A DNA stretch of 64,000 nt. Source: an uncultured Acidimicrobiaceae bacterium (lineage in GTDB: Bacteria; Actinomycetota; Acidimicrobiia; Acidimicrobiales; RAAP-2). Positions 43,818-53,069 of this stretch are shown here, one piece after another. The number at the start of each line of letters is the position of its first letter. The stretch's first letter is position 1. Both the position numbers and the translations under genes were made by a program. The stretch covers positions 8,391 to 72,390 of the forward strand of contig CAVTXA010000004.1 in the NCBI GenBank assembly GCA_963738545.1, written 5' to 3'. Below the pieces are notes generated by a model that saw nothing but the letters and a program-made list of their open reading frames with translations, made no database searches and was not told the origin of the DNA.

Positions 43818-45697
43818 GAGTGGGCGATGTGCTGGACCTGGCTGGTGAGCAGGGCCGAGAACGAGGACTGTGACGGCGCCGAGCCGTTGCCGGGATCGGA
43901 GCTGAGGATCTCACGGGTGTGTCCGGACTTGTCGATGATGTAGACGATGTCGCCGTGGGCGATCATGGCCCCGGCCGGCGTGACCTGGATCTGGACCCCG
44001 TAGTCGTTCCAGACCGCGTGCAGCTGGTTCAGCGACCCCGTGAGGTAGGACCAGTTGGCCAGATGGTCGAGACCCTCCTGCTTGTCGAAGGCCGTGGTCG
44101 CCACCGTGGAGGTGTACAGGGGGTTGGCCACCACCGCCACCATCTCCACCGGCCCCGCCGTCGAACCCAGCATCTGGTCGGCCAGCCGCAACTCTTGGGC
44201 GATCAGCGGGCAGTCCGACGTGCAGACCGGGTCGAGAAAGGTGAGCACCACGGTGCGACCGGCGAGGGACGAGAGCGACACGGTGTGCCCGTGCTGGTCG
44301 GTGAGGGTAAACGGGGCCGCCGGCACGTCGACCAGGTTGGGCGAGCCGTTGGCCGCCTCGGTCAGGATGGGGTCGGCATTGGGGTTGGTGGCGGCCACGG
44401 CCATGGGGGCGGCACCCACCAGGACGATCCCCAACGCCCCGATGGCCAGGAGGGATCGGAGCAGATAGCTAGGGCTGAGACGGTCCAGCCAACCCGGCTG
44501 GGACGGCTCGGGTTGCGCGGGTTGCGCGGGTTGCGGCCTGACGGTCTCCCCGGCGGTCGGCGTCTCCAGTTCGGTGACCGTCGCCCGTGTCGGCAGCCTC
44601 ACCATGGCCAGATAGGCACCCCCGAAGATGAGGGCCATGGGGATCATGGAGTTGGGGTCGGTCCCCACACCCCCGAAGAACCCGAAGTCCTGGATCAGGA
44701 CCCAGACGGCCAGGCACAGCACAGCCCCTGTGGCCAGGCCGACCCGCACGATCCGAAGGTTGGTGCTGAAGAAGCTGAGGCCGATCCCGATGAGCAGGAC
44801 CACCACGACGAAGTTCACCGCCCATGCGTGCCCGGCCTGGAAGTCGGCGAAGGACCGGACCCACGAGGCCAGGACGGAAGGCTGGGACACCTGGGACATC
44901 TGCCGCACCATGGCCGTGAGGTTCCCCGGGGTGGCCGACGCCGGGACCTGTCCCGACCAGAACCCCCGACCGGGCCACGCCTGCAGGATCCCCATGCCCA
45001 CGAAGAGCACGCCCATCCCCCGCAGCACGCCCTTCCCCAGGCGGGGGGTCTCCCACGAGGCGTCGGGCAGGGCCACCAGCAGCCCGGCCACGGCGTAGAA
45101 CAGGACCGCCCCGGGGGAGCCGAACAGCCAGCTGCTGCCGTGCCCGAAGATGCCACCGAAGGCCTCGCCGAACACCCAGACCACGAGGCCCCACCCCAGG
45201 CTCACCGCACCCGCCGCCCGGGACCAGTAGCCCCGTGGTGCCACCAGCAAGAAGAGGCCCACACCGACCTGGATCCACACCGTGGCCGCGGCCGCCGACA
45301 CCGGGTGATCGGACCAGATGGTGGTGCCCGAGTTGACCAGGCTCTGGACCCAACCCGGAGACGAGGAGGCCGCAGGGGTGATGACCGAGCCGGGCAGGCC
45401 CAGCGGCATGGCCGCCTGCAGTTGCAAGAGGCCGTCGAACAGCCACAGGAAGCCGAAGGCGAGACGGAGGAACCGGCGGGCCGGCGGCTCGGGGTACTCC
45501 CACGTCTCCACCACCGGGTCGTCTGCCGTGCCCGCGGCCACCGCCCGTCGGTAGTGCACGGTCCGGGCCACGTTCCAGGCCACCGCCAGGAGTACCCCGA
45601 TGACGACCAGGATCAGGAGCTGGTGGTCGAGGGTGGACCGGAAGGCGGCGGCAATGGTGGGGTTGTTGGACTGGAGTCCATGCCCCATTCCTTGCAT
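43814..45697 (-). CDS. fusion protein: N-terminal polytopic membrane domain (about 400 aa) plus C-terminal SCO1/SenC thioredoxin-fold domain
   Basis: The C-terminal part has 'FTLTDQHGHTVSL..VVLTFLDPVCTSDCP' (CxxxC) and 'AHGDIVYIID'. The N-terminal part has about 9-10 TM segments. Linker 'PQPAQPAQPEPSQP'. A 4-nt overlap joins it to the next gene. Confidence 0.7.
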   Translation of the reverse strand: MQGMGHGLQSNNPTIAAAFRSTLDHQLLILVVIGVLLAVAWNVARTVHYRRAVAAGTADDPVVETWEYPEPPARRFLRLAFGFLWLFDGLLQLQAAMPLGLPGSVITPAASSSPGWVQSLVNSGTTIWSDHPVSAAAATVWIQVGVGLFLLVAPRGYWSRAAGAVSLGWGLVVWVFGEAFGGIFGHGSSWLFGSPGAVLFYAVAGLLVALPDASWETPRLGKGVLRGMGVLFVGMGILQAWPGRGFWSGQVPASATPGNLTAMVRQMSQVSQPSVLASWVRSFADFQAGHAWAVNFVVVVLLIGIGLSFFSTNLRIVRVGLATGAVLCLAVWVLIQDFGFFGGVGTDPNSMIPMALIFGGAYLAMVRLPTRATVTELETPTAGETVRPQPAQPAQPEPSQPGWLDRLSPSYLLRSLLAIGALGIVLVGAAPMAVAATNPNADPILTEAANGSPNLVDVPAAPFTLTDQHGHTVSLSSLAGRTVVLTFLDPVCTSDCPLIAQELRLADQMLGSTAGPVEMVAVVANPLYTSTVATTAFDKQEGLDHLANWSYLTGSLNQLHAVWNDYGVQIQVTPAGAMIAHGDIVYIIDKSGHTREILSSDPGNGSAPSQSSFSALLTSQVQHIAHS

Positions 45698-45914
45698 GTG
45701 CCCTCCACTCTCCTGTCGTCCGATCTCACCGCTGCGTCCCAGCGCCCATGGAGCGCCCGGCCCCGGTCCGACAGAGTGTAGGGCGCGCTCCCACCCGACC
45801 TACCGCGGCCTGTCCAACCCACAGGGCGCAGCCGTCCCCACGGCATCGGTACCGAGATGGGCGTCCGGACCGGGGGTCAGGACGCCTGGGGTGGAGACAG
45901 ACGGCCTCCACCAC

Positions 45915-46328
45915 TCACGGCGTGGGTCCGCTCTGGCTCGGCCCACTGTGTGCCTCGGCTTCGGCTTCGGCCTGTGCGGCGGCCAGGGAGCGCTGGTGGT
46001 CCTGCCAGTTCTTGAGCATCTGGACATGCTCGGGGGCCACGACCTTGGGAGTGGGTCCCTTCCGTCGCTTCCGTCGGTTCTGATGGAGGGTGGTCCACCA
46101 CATGTACACGCCGAAAACGGCGAAGATGGGCCATTCGAAGACGTAGGCCCAGCTCAGTTCGTTGCCACCGAGAGCGCGCCGCAACTCGAACCAGAAGGCG
46201 GCAAGACACAGGGCCAGGACCACGGCGAGGGTGATGTGCACCTTGCCTGCCTCCCACCCGACGAGTCGCGTGCCCTCCGGGCCCGGAGGGGTCGGCTCGG
46301 GTGGCTCGGGTGGATCCACATCGGCCAC
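45915..46328 (-). CDS. small two-TM membrane protein, unknown function
   Basis: 'ITLAVVLALCLAAFWF' and 'WPIFAVFGVYMWW', with a basic 'NRRKRRKG' stretch. Confidence 0.5.
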   Translation of the reverse strand: MADVDPPEPPEPTPPGPEGTRLVGWEAGKVHITLAVVLALCLAAFWFELRRALGGNELSWAYVFEWPIFAVFGVYMWWTTLHQNRRKRRKGPTPKVVAPEHVQMLKNWQDHQRSLAAAQAEAEAEAHSGPSQSGPTP

Positions 46329-46343
46329 CCTACCGGCGGCCGC

Positions 46344-47213
46344 CTACTCGCCGAAGAGCAGCCCGTAGTTGGCTCCCCGGCGCAGATGGTGGCCCCCGTC
46401 GATGGGAACGTTGACGCCGGTGATCCAGGTCGACTCCGGGCCGGCCAGGAACCGCACGAGCGCGGCGATGTCCCCGACGGTGCCGAGACGGCTGACGGGC
46501 ATCTCGGCCAGGTAGTCGTCGAGCAGGGGTCCGCCGGCGGTGATGGGAGCCATGAGCTCGTCGTCCACGATGCCGGGCTGTAGGGAGTTGACCCGCACGC
46601 CGGTGGCACCGAGCTCCTCCGCCGCGTACTTGCACAGCATGTCCACGCCGGCCTTGGACGAGCCGTAGGCCCACAGATAGCGGTGCGGGAATCCCCCCGC
46701 CCCCGAGGACATCCCGATGATCGACCCTCCCGGCGCCGGCTCCCCGTCCACGCCGGTACCCACCCCGGCGGCCATCAGAGGGGCAGCGTGCTTGATGCAC
46801 AGGAAGGTGCCGACGAAGTTGACGTCCACGGTGGCCCGCACCGCATCCAGCTCGGCACTCAGGATCGGTCCCATGTGGAGGGAGCCGCCGGCGTTGGCGA
46901 ACAGGATGTCGAGACGACCCCGGTCGGCCGAGGCCACCGAGACCGCCGCGGCCACCTGGTCCTCGTCGGTGACGTCGGCCACCACGTAGGTGGCGGTCCC
47001 CCCGGCCGTGGCCGTGCCCGACGCCTCGGCGGCGGCCTGCTCCAGGACCGTGACCGCCGCCGCCAGCTTCTCCTCGGTGCGGCCGCAGATGGTGACGTGG
47101 GCACCGTCGGCCACCAGTCGGGTAGCCGTGCCCAGGCCGATGCCACTGCCGCCTCCGGTGACCAGCGCCGATCGTCCAACGATGCCCGGTGTGGGGTTCT
47201 GCTCACTGCTCAC
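46344..47213 (-). CDS. SDR-family oxidoreductase
   Basis: 'ALVTGGGSGIGLG' and 'YGSSKAG' (YxxxK). Confidence 0.85.
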   Translation of the reverse strand: MSSEQNPTPGIVGRSALVTGGGSGIGLGTATRLVADGAHVTICGRTEEKLAAAVTVLEQAAAEASGTATAGGTATYVVADVTDEDQVAAAVSVASADRGRLDILFANAGGSLHMGPILSAELDAVRATVDVNFVGTFLCIKHAAPLMAAGVGTGVDGEPAPGGSIIGMSSGAGGFPHRYLWAYGSSKAGVDMLCKYAAEELGATGVRVNSLQPGIVDDELMAPITAGGPLLDDYLAEMPVSRLGTVGDIAALVRFLAGPESTWITGVNVPIDGGHHLRRGANYGLLFGE

Positions 47214-47356
47214 GTCGTGCTCCTCTGGGTAGGCGGAACGGTCGGTCGCCGCCGGGCACGGCGCCTCGGCGTGCTACGACTTGACGGTTCGAGACAGCAT
47301 GTTACGGGACCGGATCGACGCTCCCGTCCGTCAGTACCCAGACGAGGAGTGGAGCC

Positions 47357-48970
47357 ATGGGTGACCGGCAGTTCAATTTGGCCGACCTGTTCGAGGTGGT
47401 GGCCGACACCGTCCCGGGACGGTTGGCCCTGGTGGCCGGGACCAGCCGGCTGACCTACCGCCAGCTCGACGAGCGGGCCAACCGCTTCGCCCACTACCTC
47501 AGCAACCAGGGCATCGCTGCCGGTGCCCACGTCGGCATCCTGTCCTTCAATCGGGCCGAGTGGGTCGAGGCCATGATCGGCTGCTACAAGGCCCGGGTCG
47601 TGCCCGTGAACCTCAACTACCGCTACGTCGCACCCGAGCTGCGCTACGTGATCGACAACGCCGACCTCGAGATGCTGGTCTTCGAACGGGCCCTTGCCCC
47701 CTTGGTGACCGAGGCCACCGAGGGGGTGGAACGTCACACTCCTTTGACGCTGGTGATGATCGAGGACGGGTCGGGAGCGGACACGTCCGGTCTTCAGATC
47801 GTGTCCTACGAGTTCGCCCTCGACTCGTCGTCCCCCGACCGCGACTTCGGGTCCCGCTCACCCGACGACATCTACATTCTCTACACGGGCGGGACCACGG
47901 GCATGCCCAAAGGCGTCCTGTGGCGCCAGGAGGACATCTTCTTCGCGGCCATGGGCGGCGGCGGCTGGGGGTCAGAACCGATCACCCACGCCGATGAGCT
48001 GGCGGAACGGCTCAATCCCGACGACGCCACCCGGGTGGTGATGCTGGTGGTGGCGCCGCTCATGCACGGCAATGCCCAGTGGGTCATGTGGAACGCCTTC
48101 ATGATGGGCGGGACCGCCGTCCTGTTCACCGGACACCGCTTCGACCCCGACGCCCTGTGGCGCATCGTGGGCGAGGAGAGGGTGGTCTCGGTGGGGCTGG
48201 TCGGCGACGCCATGGCCCGACCATTGGCCGACGCCCTGGCCCACGCACCGGCCGGCACCTACGACACGTCGAGCCTGGTGGTGGTGGGATCCGGTGGCGC
48301 CATGCTGTCCAAGACGGTGAAGGACGAGCTGAGGGACCGTCTGCCGTCGATCATGGTGCTGGACAGCTTCGGCTCCAGCGAGAGCGGGGCCCAAGGTGCG
48401 GTGCAGGACGGGGCCAGTGGACCGCGCTTCGTCATGCGGGACGACACGACCGTGCTCGACGAGGACCTCCTCCCGCTGACTCCCGGTGACGGCCGCGTCG
48501 GCCGGCTGGCCCGGACCGGCCGCATCCCCCTCGGCTACCACAAGGACCCGACCAAGACGGCCGCCACCTTCCCGGTGGACGCCAACGGGGTCCGGTGGTC
48601 GATGCCCGGTGACCTGGCCTCGGTCGAGCCCGACGGCACCATCACCGTGCACGGACGGGGCTCGGCCTCCATCAACTCCGGTGGCGAGAAGATCTTCCCC
48701 GAGGAGGTGGAAGCGGCGGTCAAGTCCCATCCCGGGGTGTTCGACGCCATCGTGGTGGGCATCCCCGATGAGCGCTTCGGCGAACGGGTGGCGGTCGTCC
48801 TCCACCCGAGGGGGCCCAACAGCGCCCCCACACTCGAGGAACTCCAAGAGCACTGCCGGTCCCACATCGCCGGCTACAAGCTCCCCCGGGAGCTCCTGTT
48901 GGTCGAGGCGATCCCCCTCACGGCCTCGGGCAAGCCCGACTCCAAGGCGGCCAAGACCCTCTTTGGATGA
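47357..48970 (+). CDS. acyl-CoA synthetase (FadD-type AMP-binding enzyme)
   Basis: 'YTGGTTGMPKGVLW', 'GSSESG', 'PGDLA', 'SGKPD'. Confidence 0.85.
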   Translation: MGDRQFNLADLFEVVADTVPGRLALVAGTSRLTYRQLDERANRFAHYLSNQGIAAGAHVGILSFNRAEWVEAMIGCYKARVVPVNLNYRYVAPELRYVIDNADLEMLVFERALAPLVTEATEGVERHTPLTLVMIEDGSGADTSGLQIVSYEFALDSSSPDRDFGSRSPDDIYILYTGGTTGMPKGVLWRQEDIFFAAMGGGGWGSEPITHADELAERLNPDDATRVVMLVVAPLMHGNAQWVMWNAFMMGGTAVLFTGHRFDPDALWRIVGEERVVSVGLVGDAMARPLADALAHAPAGTYDTSSLVVVGSGGAMLSKTVKDELRDRLPSIMVLDSFGSSESGAQGAVQDGASGPRFVMRDDTTVLDEDLLPLTPGDGRVGRLARTGRIPLGYHKDPTKTAATFPVDANGVRWSMPGDLASVEPDGTITVHGRGSASINSGGEKIFPEEVEAAVKSHPGVFDAIVVGIPDERFGERVAVVLHPRGPNSAPTLEELQEHCRSHIAGYKLPRELLLVEAIPLTASGKPDSKAAKTLFG

Positions 48971-48982
48971 CCGTCCCGTAGG

Positions 48983-49852
48983 TCAGGCCGCCAGGGGACG
49001 CCGGGCCTCCACCACGGCGGCCACGACGGCCACGACCAGATCGGCCGCCGCGGCCAGCGCTCCCTCATCGATCTCGACCGAGCGGTCCGCTCCGGAGGCG
49101 GGCCACAGTCCGAGGACCCGGGCCGGGACCGGTCGCGACGGCGAGCGCAACGCAGCCACGAGGGCCAGGTACGCCAACTCCTCCCGCCACACGTCGGACG
49201 GGTGGCCGCCGCTGACCGACACCAGGGCCACCGCCTCCCCGTCCCCTCGCACCCGAGGCGCCGACGTCCCGGCCACCAGGGGGACACGCAGTTCGGACCG
49301 ACCCTTCAGGCGCAGCGTGCGGACGGCGGGGCACACCCACGTGTCGTCGGACCCGCCGATCTCGGGAACGCCGCCGATGACCGACCAGTCGAGGGCCGAC
49401 CACAACGACGAGGCCCAGCCCACCGCCTCAGCCAGCACCGCGGCACGGGCCCCGGGGGCCAGGCCGGCCACCCACGGCTCCCAGTGGTAGGTGCGCCACC
49501 CGGTCTCCCTCCACTGGTCCACGGCCTCGGCCACGACCGGCCCCACGGCATCGAGCGGGCTACGGAACCTCCGGTGGGCGCAGGCGTCCACGACGGCCAG
49601 GCCCAACGACCGGCGGACGAAGACCGGCCGCCAGGCGAAGGGTTCATCCGGTTCGGACAACGCCTCGGGTCGTGTCCGGGCCCGGCGGAGGAGGGGCAGA
49701 TCCACCACCACGGGCGGCCCGGGGGGCAGGAGTGCGGCCAATGGGGCCAGCCGTGACACCAGGTCATTGCGGAGCTGCACGCGGACGCTTGCCTCGATCG
49801 CCCCTACCGCAGGGGCCACGAGGGCCTCGGTACGGTCCCCGGCCGCAGTCAC
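48983..49852 (-). CDS. hypothetical protein, possible catalytically degenerate PD-(D/E)XK-like paralog of the upstream gene
   Basis: A 4-nt overlap joins it to the upstream gene. 'ELRVPL..ALVSVSGGHPSDVWREELAYLALV' lines up with 'ARVDLV..AIVEIKSGSRRVEHRADLHFYALL' of its neighbour but lacks D/E-x-K. Confidence 0.45.
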   Translation of the reverse strand: MTAAGDRTEALVAPAVGAIEASVRVQLRNDLVSRLAPLAALLPPGPPVVVDLPLLRRARTRPEALSEPDEPFAWRPVFVRRSLGLAVVDACAHRRFRSPLDAVGPVVAEAVDQWRETGWRTYHWEPWVAGLAPGARAAVLAEAVGWASSLWSALDWSVIGGVPEIGGSDDTWVCPAVRTLRLKGRSELRVPLVAGTSAPRVRGDGEAVALVSVSGGHPSDVWREELAYLALVAALRSPSRPVPARVLGLWPASGADRSVEIDEGALAAAADLVVAVVAAVVEARRPLAA

Positions 49853-51006
49853 CCGACAGCCTCCAGCCCAGCGCCCACGGCTTCGCCCCTCCTGGGGGTG
49901 TCACTACAACCATCGACGGGCCACAGCCCGAGGGAACCGACGGGCAGGATCGAACAGCGTCCGCACAGGGGGCCGGGCCGGCGATCGGGCTCGATCCCAC
50001 CGGCCAGGTCGACCAGTCGCCGGGCCCCTACCCCCGTGCGGCGGGCCGCTGCGACCAGGAGCTCATCGGTGACCGGGTCCACGTCCAGCTCGCCGGTCCT
50101 GGCGTAGTACGTGGCCACGGCGAACGGCGGCGCCGGGCTGCGCAGCGCCTCCAGCAACGCGTAGAAATGTAGGTCGGCCCGGTGCTCGACCCGGCGACTC
50201 CCGGACTTGATCTCGACGATGGCCACCGACCCGACGTCGCCTGACGGTCGGCCGATCACCAGGTCCACCCGAGCCGACAGTTCGACCGCTCCGCCACTCG
50301 CCCGGACCCGAAGCGTCTCTTGGGTACGGGGCAGCCACGCCGGGTCGAGGGCCGGCCAACGTCGGCCGAGAGCGTAGGCCTGTCGTTCGACCTCGGCCCG
50401 GAGCTCGTCGCGCTCCGGGCCGGCCAGCCCTTCCAGCCAGGCCACCAGGTCCGACTGGTGATCGTCGACGGAGAGGGCGGCGAGCCCGTCCTCCATGGGG
50501 TCGCCGATGGAGCCCACCGTGACCAGCTGCCGGAAGAGGACGTCGACGAGGGCACCACAGGCCAGGGCCACCGAGAAGGATCGGGTCCCGAAGTCGGCAC
50601 CCGTCTGGTGGACCTCACAGGCCAGCACGTGGGTCAGCCGGTCCTTCGTGACCACGACGGGGGTCCGCCCTCCCCGTCCGGACCAGACGCCCACACCGGC
50701 CGACGGGGACCCACCCTCGACGCCGCCCGGCGGAGTCTCCAGTCCCGACTCGAGGAGGGCCCGCAACGTCCCGGATAGCTCGGGACGGGCCTCGGGACGC
50801 GGCCGGCCGGTCACCCGCAACCGCTGCAACAGAGCATCTCCGGACAACGGCTCCCAGCTTCCCTGTCGGCGACGGGGCCGGGACACCGCCGGGGCCCCCG
50901 ATGAGGGGACCGGCGGCACGGGCGCACGACGACCCTCCACCCCGGGAGCACCCCTCCGACCAGGGCCCGGCCCCACGGCGGGGCGCTCGATGTCTATGAC
51001 CGGCAT
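49849..51006 (-). CDS. PD-(D/E)XK nuclease superfamily (RecB/Cas4-like) protein
   Basis: 'RVDLVIG...VAIVEIKSG...HRADLHFYALL' gives the D...ExK...Y motif order. C-terminal 'CGRC'. The N-terminus is low complexity. Confidence 0.55.
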   Translation of the reverse strand: MPVIDIERPAVGPGPGRRGAPGVEGRRAPVPPVPSSGAPAVSRPRRRQGSWEPLSGDALLQRLRVTGRPRPEARPELSGTLRALLESGLETPPGGVEGGSPSAGVGVWSGRGGRTPVVVTKDRLTHVLACEVHQTGADFGTRSFSVALACGALVDVLFRQLVTVGSIGDPMEDGLAALSVDDHQSDLVAWLEGLAGPERDELRAEVERQAYALGRRWPALDPAWLPRTQETLRVRASGGAVELSARVDLVIGRPSGDVGSVAIVEIKSGSRRVEHRADLHFYALLEALRSPAPPFAVATYYARTGELDVDPVTDELLVAAARRTGVGARRLVDLAGGIEPDRRPGPLCGRCSILPVGSLGLWPVDGCSDTPRRGEAVGAGLEAVG

Positions 51007-51074
51007 GCCTCTACTGTGCCCGGGGGGTGTGACAGAGAGGGAGGGGGGCCGGGTCGCCGGTAGCCTCTGGACCG

Positions 51075-52262
51075 ATGATGTTCCCGGCCGCCATCACCCT
51101 CTTCGCCGTGGTCTTCACCGTCTTCGTGGTGGTCAGCGTGGTGTTGGTCGTGCTGGTCCTCCGGTTCACACTGCAACGGGCGGCGGTGGCCCGGTCCCGG
51201 TGGCTGGACGAGCAGGAGCTCGAGGACCAGGACCCCGACGAAGACCGGCCTCGCACGGCACTGGTGCTGGGCGGCGGCGGGACCCGGGGGGCGGTCCAGA
51301 TCGGGATGCTCCAGGTCCTCGTCGAGCACGGCTTCGTCCCCGACCGCGTCTACGGCTCGTCGGTGGGCGCGGTCAACGGCGCCGCCTTCGCCGGGGACCC
51401 CACCCGGGAGGGCGTCCAACGGATGACCGAGATCTGGCGGAGCCTCACCCGCGAGGACGTGTACCCGCAGGGCCGGCTGCACGGGCCCTGGCTCTATTTC
51501 CAACAGCGGGACTCGGTGTTCGCCAACGCCGGACTCCGCAAGGTCATCGAGGAGGGGATCACCTTCGAGCGGCTCGAGGACGCCCTCATCCCCGTCGAGG
51601 TGGTGGCCACCTCCCTCACCGACGGTCGTGAGCGCTGGTTCACCTACGGGCCGGCGGTGGAGGCCGTGCTGGCCTCGTCGGCCGTGCCCGCCATCTTCCC
51701 TCCGGTCGAGATCGACGAGGAACGGTTCATCGACGGGGCCGTGGTCAACAACGTGCCCATCCGCCGGGCCATCGACGGGGGGGCCACCCGGATCGTGGTG
51801 CTGCTGTGCTCGCCTCCCTCCTTCACCCCGACGTCACCCCGGCGTCCCGTCGAGGCGATGCTCAACGCGCTGTTGATCTCCATCCACGCCCGCTTCGTCC
51901 GGGACCTGGCCCAGCTACCTCCGGGGGTCGAGGTCATCGTATGCAGCGGGGCCGAGCAGGGAGTCCGGGACTTCGACGACTTCTCGACCACCGAGGCCCT
52001 GATCGCCCAGGGACGCGAGGAGGCGTCAGAGGTGATCCGGCGCTACGGGCTCGGCCGACCCGATGCCGAACTCGCCACGGCCTCGGGTGGCACGGCATCG
52101 GGTGGCACGGCGTCGGGTGGCACGGCATCGGGTGTCCCCTCCGGGCCACCCAAGGTGGGCGTCCCCGGGGAGGGCTCCGGCGGGGACCCAGGCGTGGCGG
52201 TGGCGGTGGGCACCGAGCCCTCCGTCGAGGGACCGTCGACCCAACCCGAACCGGGCTCGTAG
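51075..52262 (+). CDS. patatin-like phospholipase with an N-terminal TM anchor
   Basis: 'LVLGGGGTRGA', 'GSSVGA' (GxSxG), 'IDGAVVNNVP' (DGA). Confidence 0.8.
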   Translation: MMFPAAITLFAVVFTVFVVVSVVLVVLVLRFTLQRAAVARSRWLDEQELEDQDPDEDRPRTALVLGGGGTRGAVQIGMLQVLVEHGFVPDRVYGSSVGAVNGAAFAGDPTREGVQRMTEIWRSLTREDVYPQGRLHGPWLYFQQRDSVFANAGLRKVIEEGITFERLEDALIPVEVVATSLTDGRERWFTYGPAVEAVLASSAVPAIFPPVEIDEERFIDGAVVNNVPIRRAIDGGATRIVVLLCSPPSFTPTSPRRPVEAMLNALLISIHARFVRDLAQLPPGVEVIVCSGAEQGVRDFDDFSTTEALIAQGREEASEVIRRYGLGRPDAELATASGGTASGGTASGGTASGVPSGPPKVGVPGEGSGGDPGVAVAVGTEPSVEGPSTQPEPGS

Positions 52263-52969
52263 CGCCGGACGATGCGGGCAGGCACGCCGGCGATCACGCA
52301 GTGGTCGGGGAAGGTGCCCCGGACCACGGCCCCCGCGCCCACCACCACGTTCCTCCCCAGTCGGCTGCCCGGGAGCACCACGACACCGGTGCCCAGCCAA
52401 CTGCCGGTGCCGATGTGGACCGGGTCGTCGCTCGGCCACTGGACGTGGACCACCTCGTCGGGATTCTCGTAGCCGTGGTTCTGATCGGTGATGTAGACGT
52501 AGGGACCGGTGTGGACGTCGTCGCCGATCTCCACCTCGAAATGACCGACGATGTGGCTGCCGCGGCCGATCATGCACCGGTCCCCGATGCGGACCACTGG
52601 GTCGGTGACCATGGTCTGGCCGGGGACCATGCCGGCCGAGATGCTCACGTACGGGCCCACCAGGGTGTCCCGGCCGATGTGGACCCACCGCTCACCGAAG
52701 ACCGCGCCGGTGGGGAAGGCCAGGCAGCTCCCGGACCCGAAGGCCCCGAACCGAGTCGCCAATCGGTCGTCGGGACCGGTGGCCCCGTACCGCGACACCC
52801 AGTTCCATCCGGCATGGATCAGGGCATTGGCCCAGCGACGGTGGCGGGGGGACGGTGCGTGACCCGACAGGGAGGGATGGCGGGGGGCGGGCGCCATCGG
52901 ATCCTCGACCGACCGGTCCCCGCCGTCCGAGACTGACCGGTCGTCACGGCCCGGGCTGGCTGCGGTCAC
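52043..52969 (-). CDS. hexapeptide-repeat (LbH) acyltransferase with a long low-complexity C-terminal tail
   Basis: 'VRIGDRCMIGRGSHIVGHFEVEIGDDVHTGPYVYI', 'IGTGSWLGTGVVVLPGSRLGRNVVVGAGAVV'. A possible start is at 52897. Confidence 0.75.
   Translation of the reverse strand: MTAASPGRDDRSVSDGGDRSVEDPMAPAPRHPSLSGHAPSPRHRRWANALIHAGWNWVSRYGATGPDDRLATRFGAFGSGSCLAFPTGAVFGERWVHIGRDTLVGPYVSISAGMVPGQTMVTDPVVRIGDRCMIGRGSHIVGHFEVEIGDDVHTGPYVYITDQNHGYENPDEVVHVQWPSDDPVHIGTGSWLGTGVVVLPGSRLGRNVVVGAGAVVRGTFPDHCVIAGVPARIVRRYEPGSGWVDGPSTEGSVPTATATPGSPPEPSPGTPTLGGPEGTPDAVPPDAVPPDAVPPEAVASSASGRPSP
52083..52134. repeat. 15-nt tandem repeat (TCGGGTGGCACGGCA) x3.5, coding on both strands
   Basis: Read directly. It encodes (ASGGT)n on the plus strand and (PDAVP)n on the minus strand. 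Confidence 0.85.
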
Positions 52970-53069
52970 CCCGCGACGGTAACTGATGGACGGCAGTACG
53001 GGCGATCCGAGGCCCCGTCCGGTGGTCGGCTGGGTCCCGAAGGTGGATGACCCTCCCTAGAGTTGCCGT

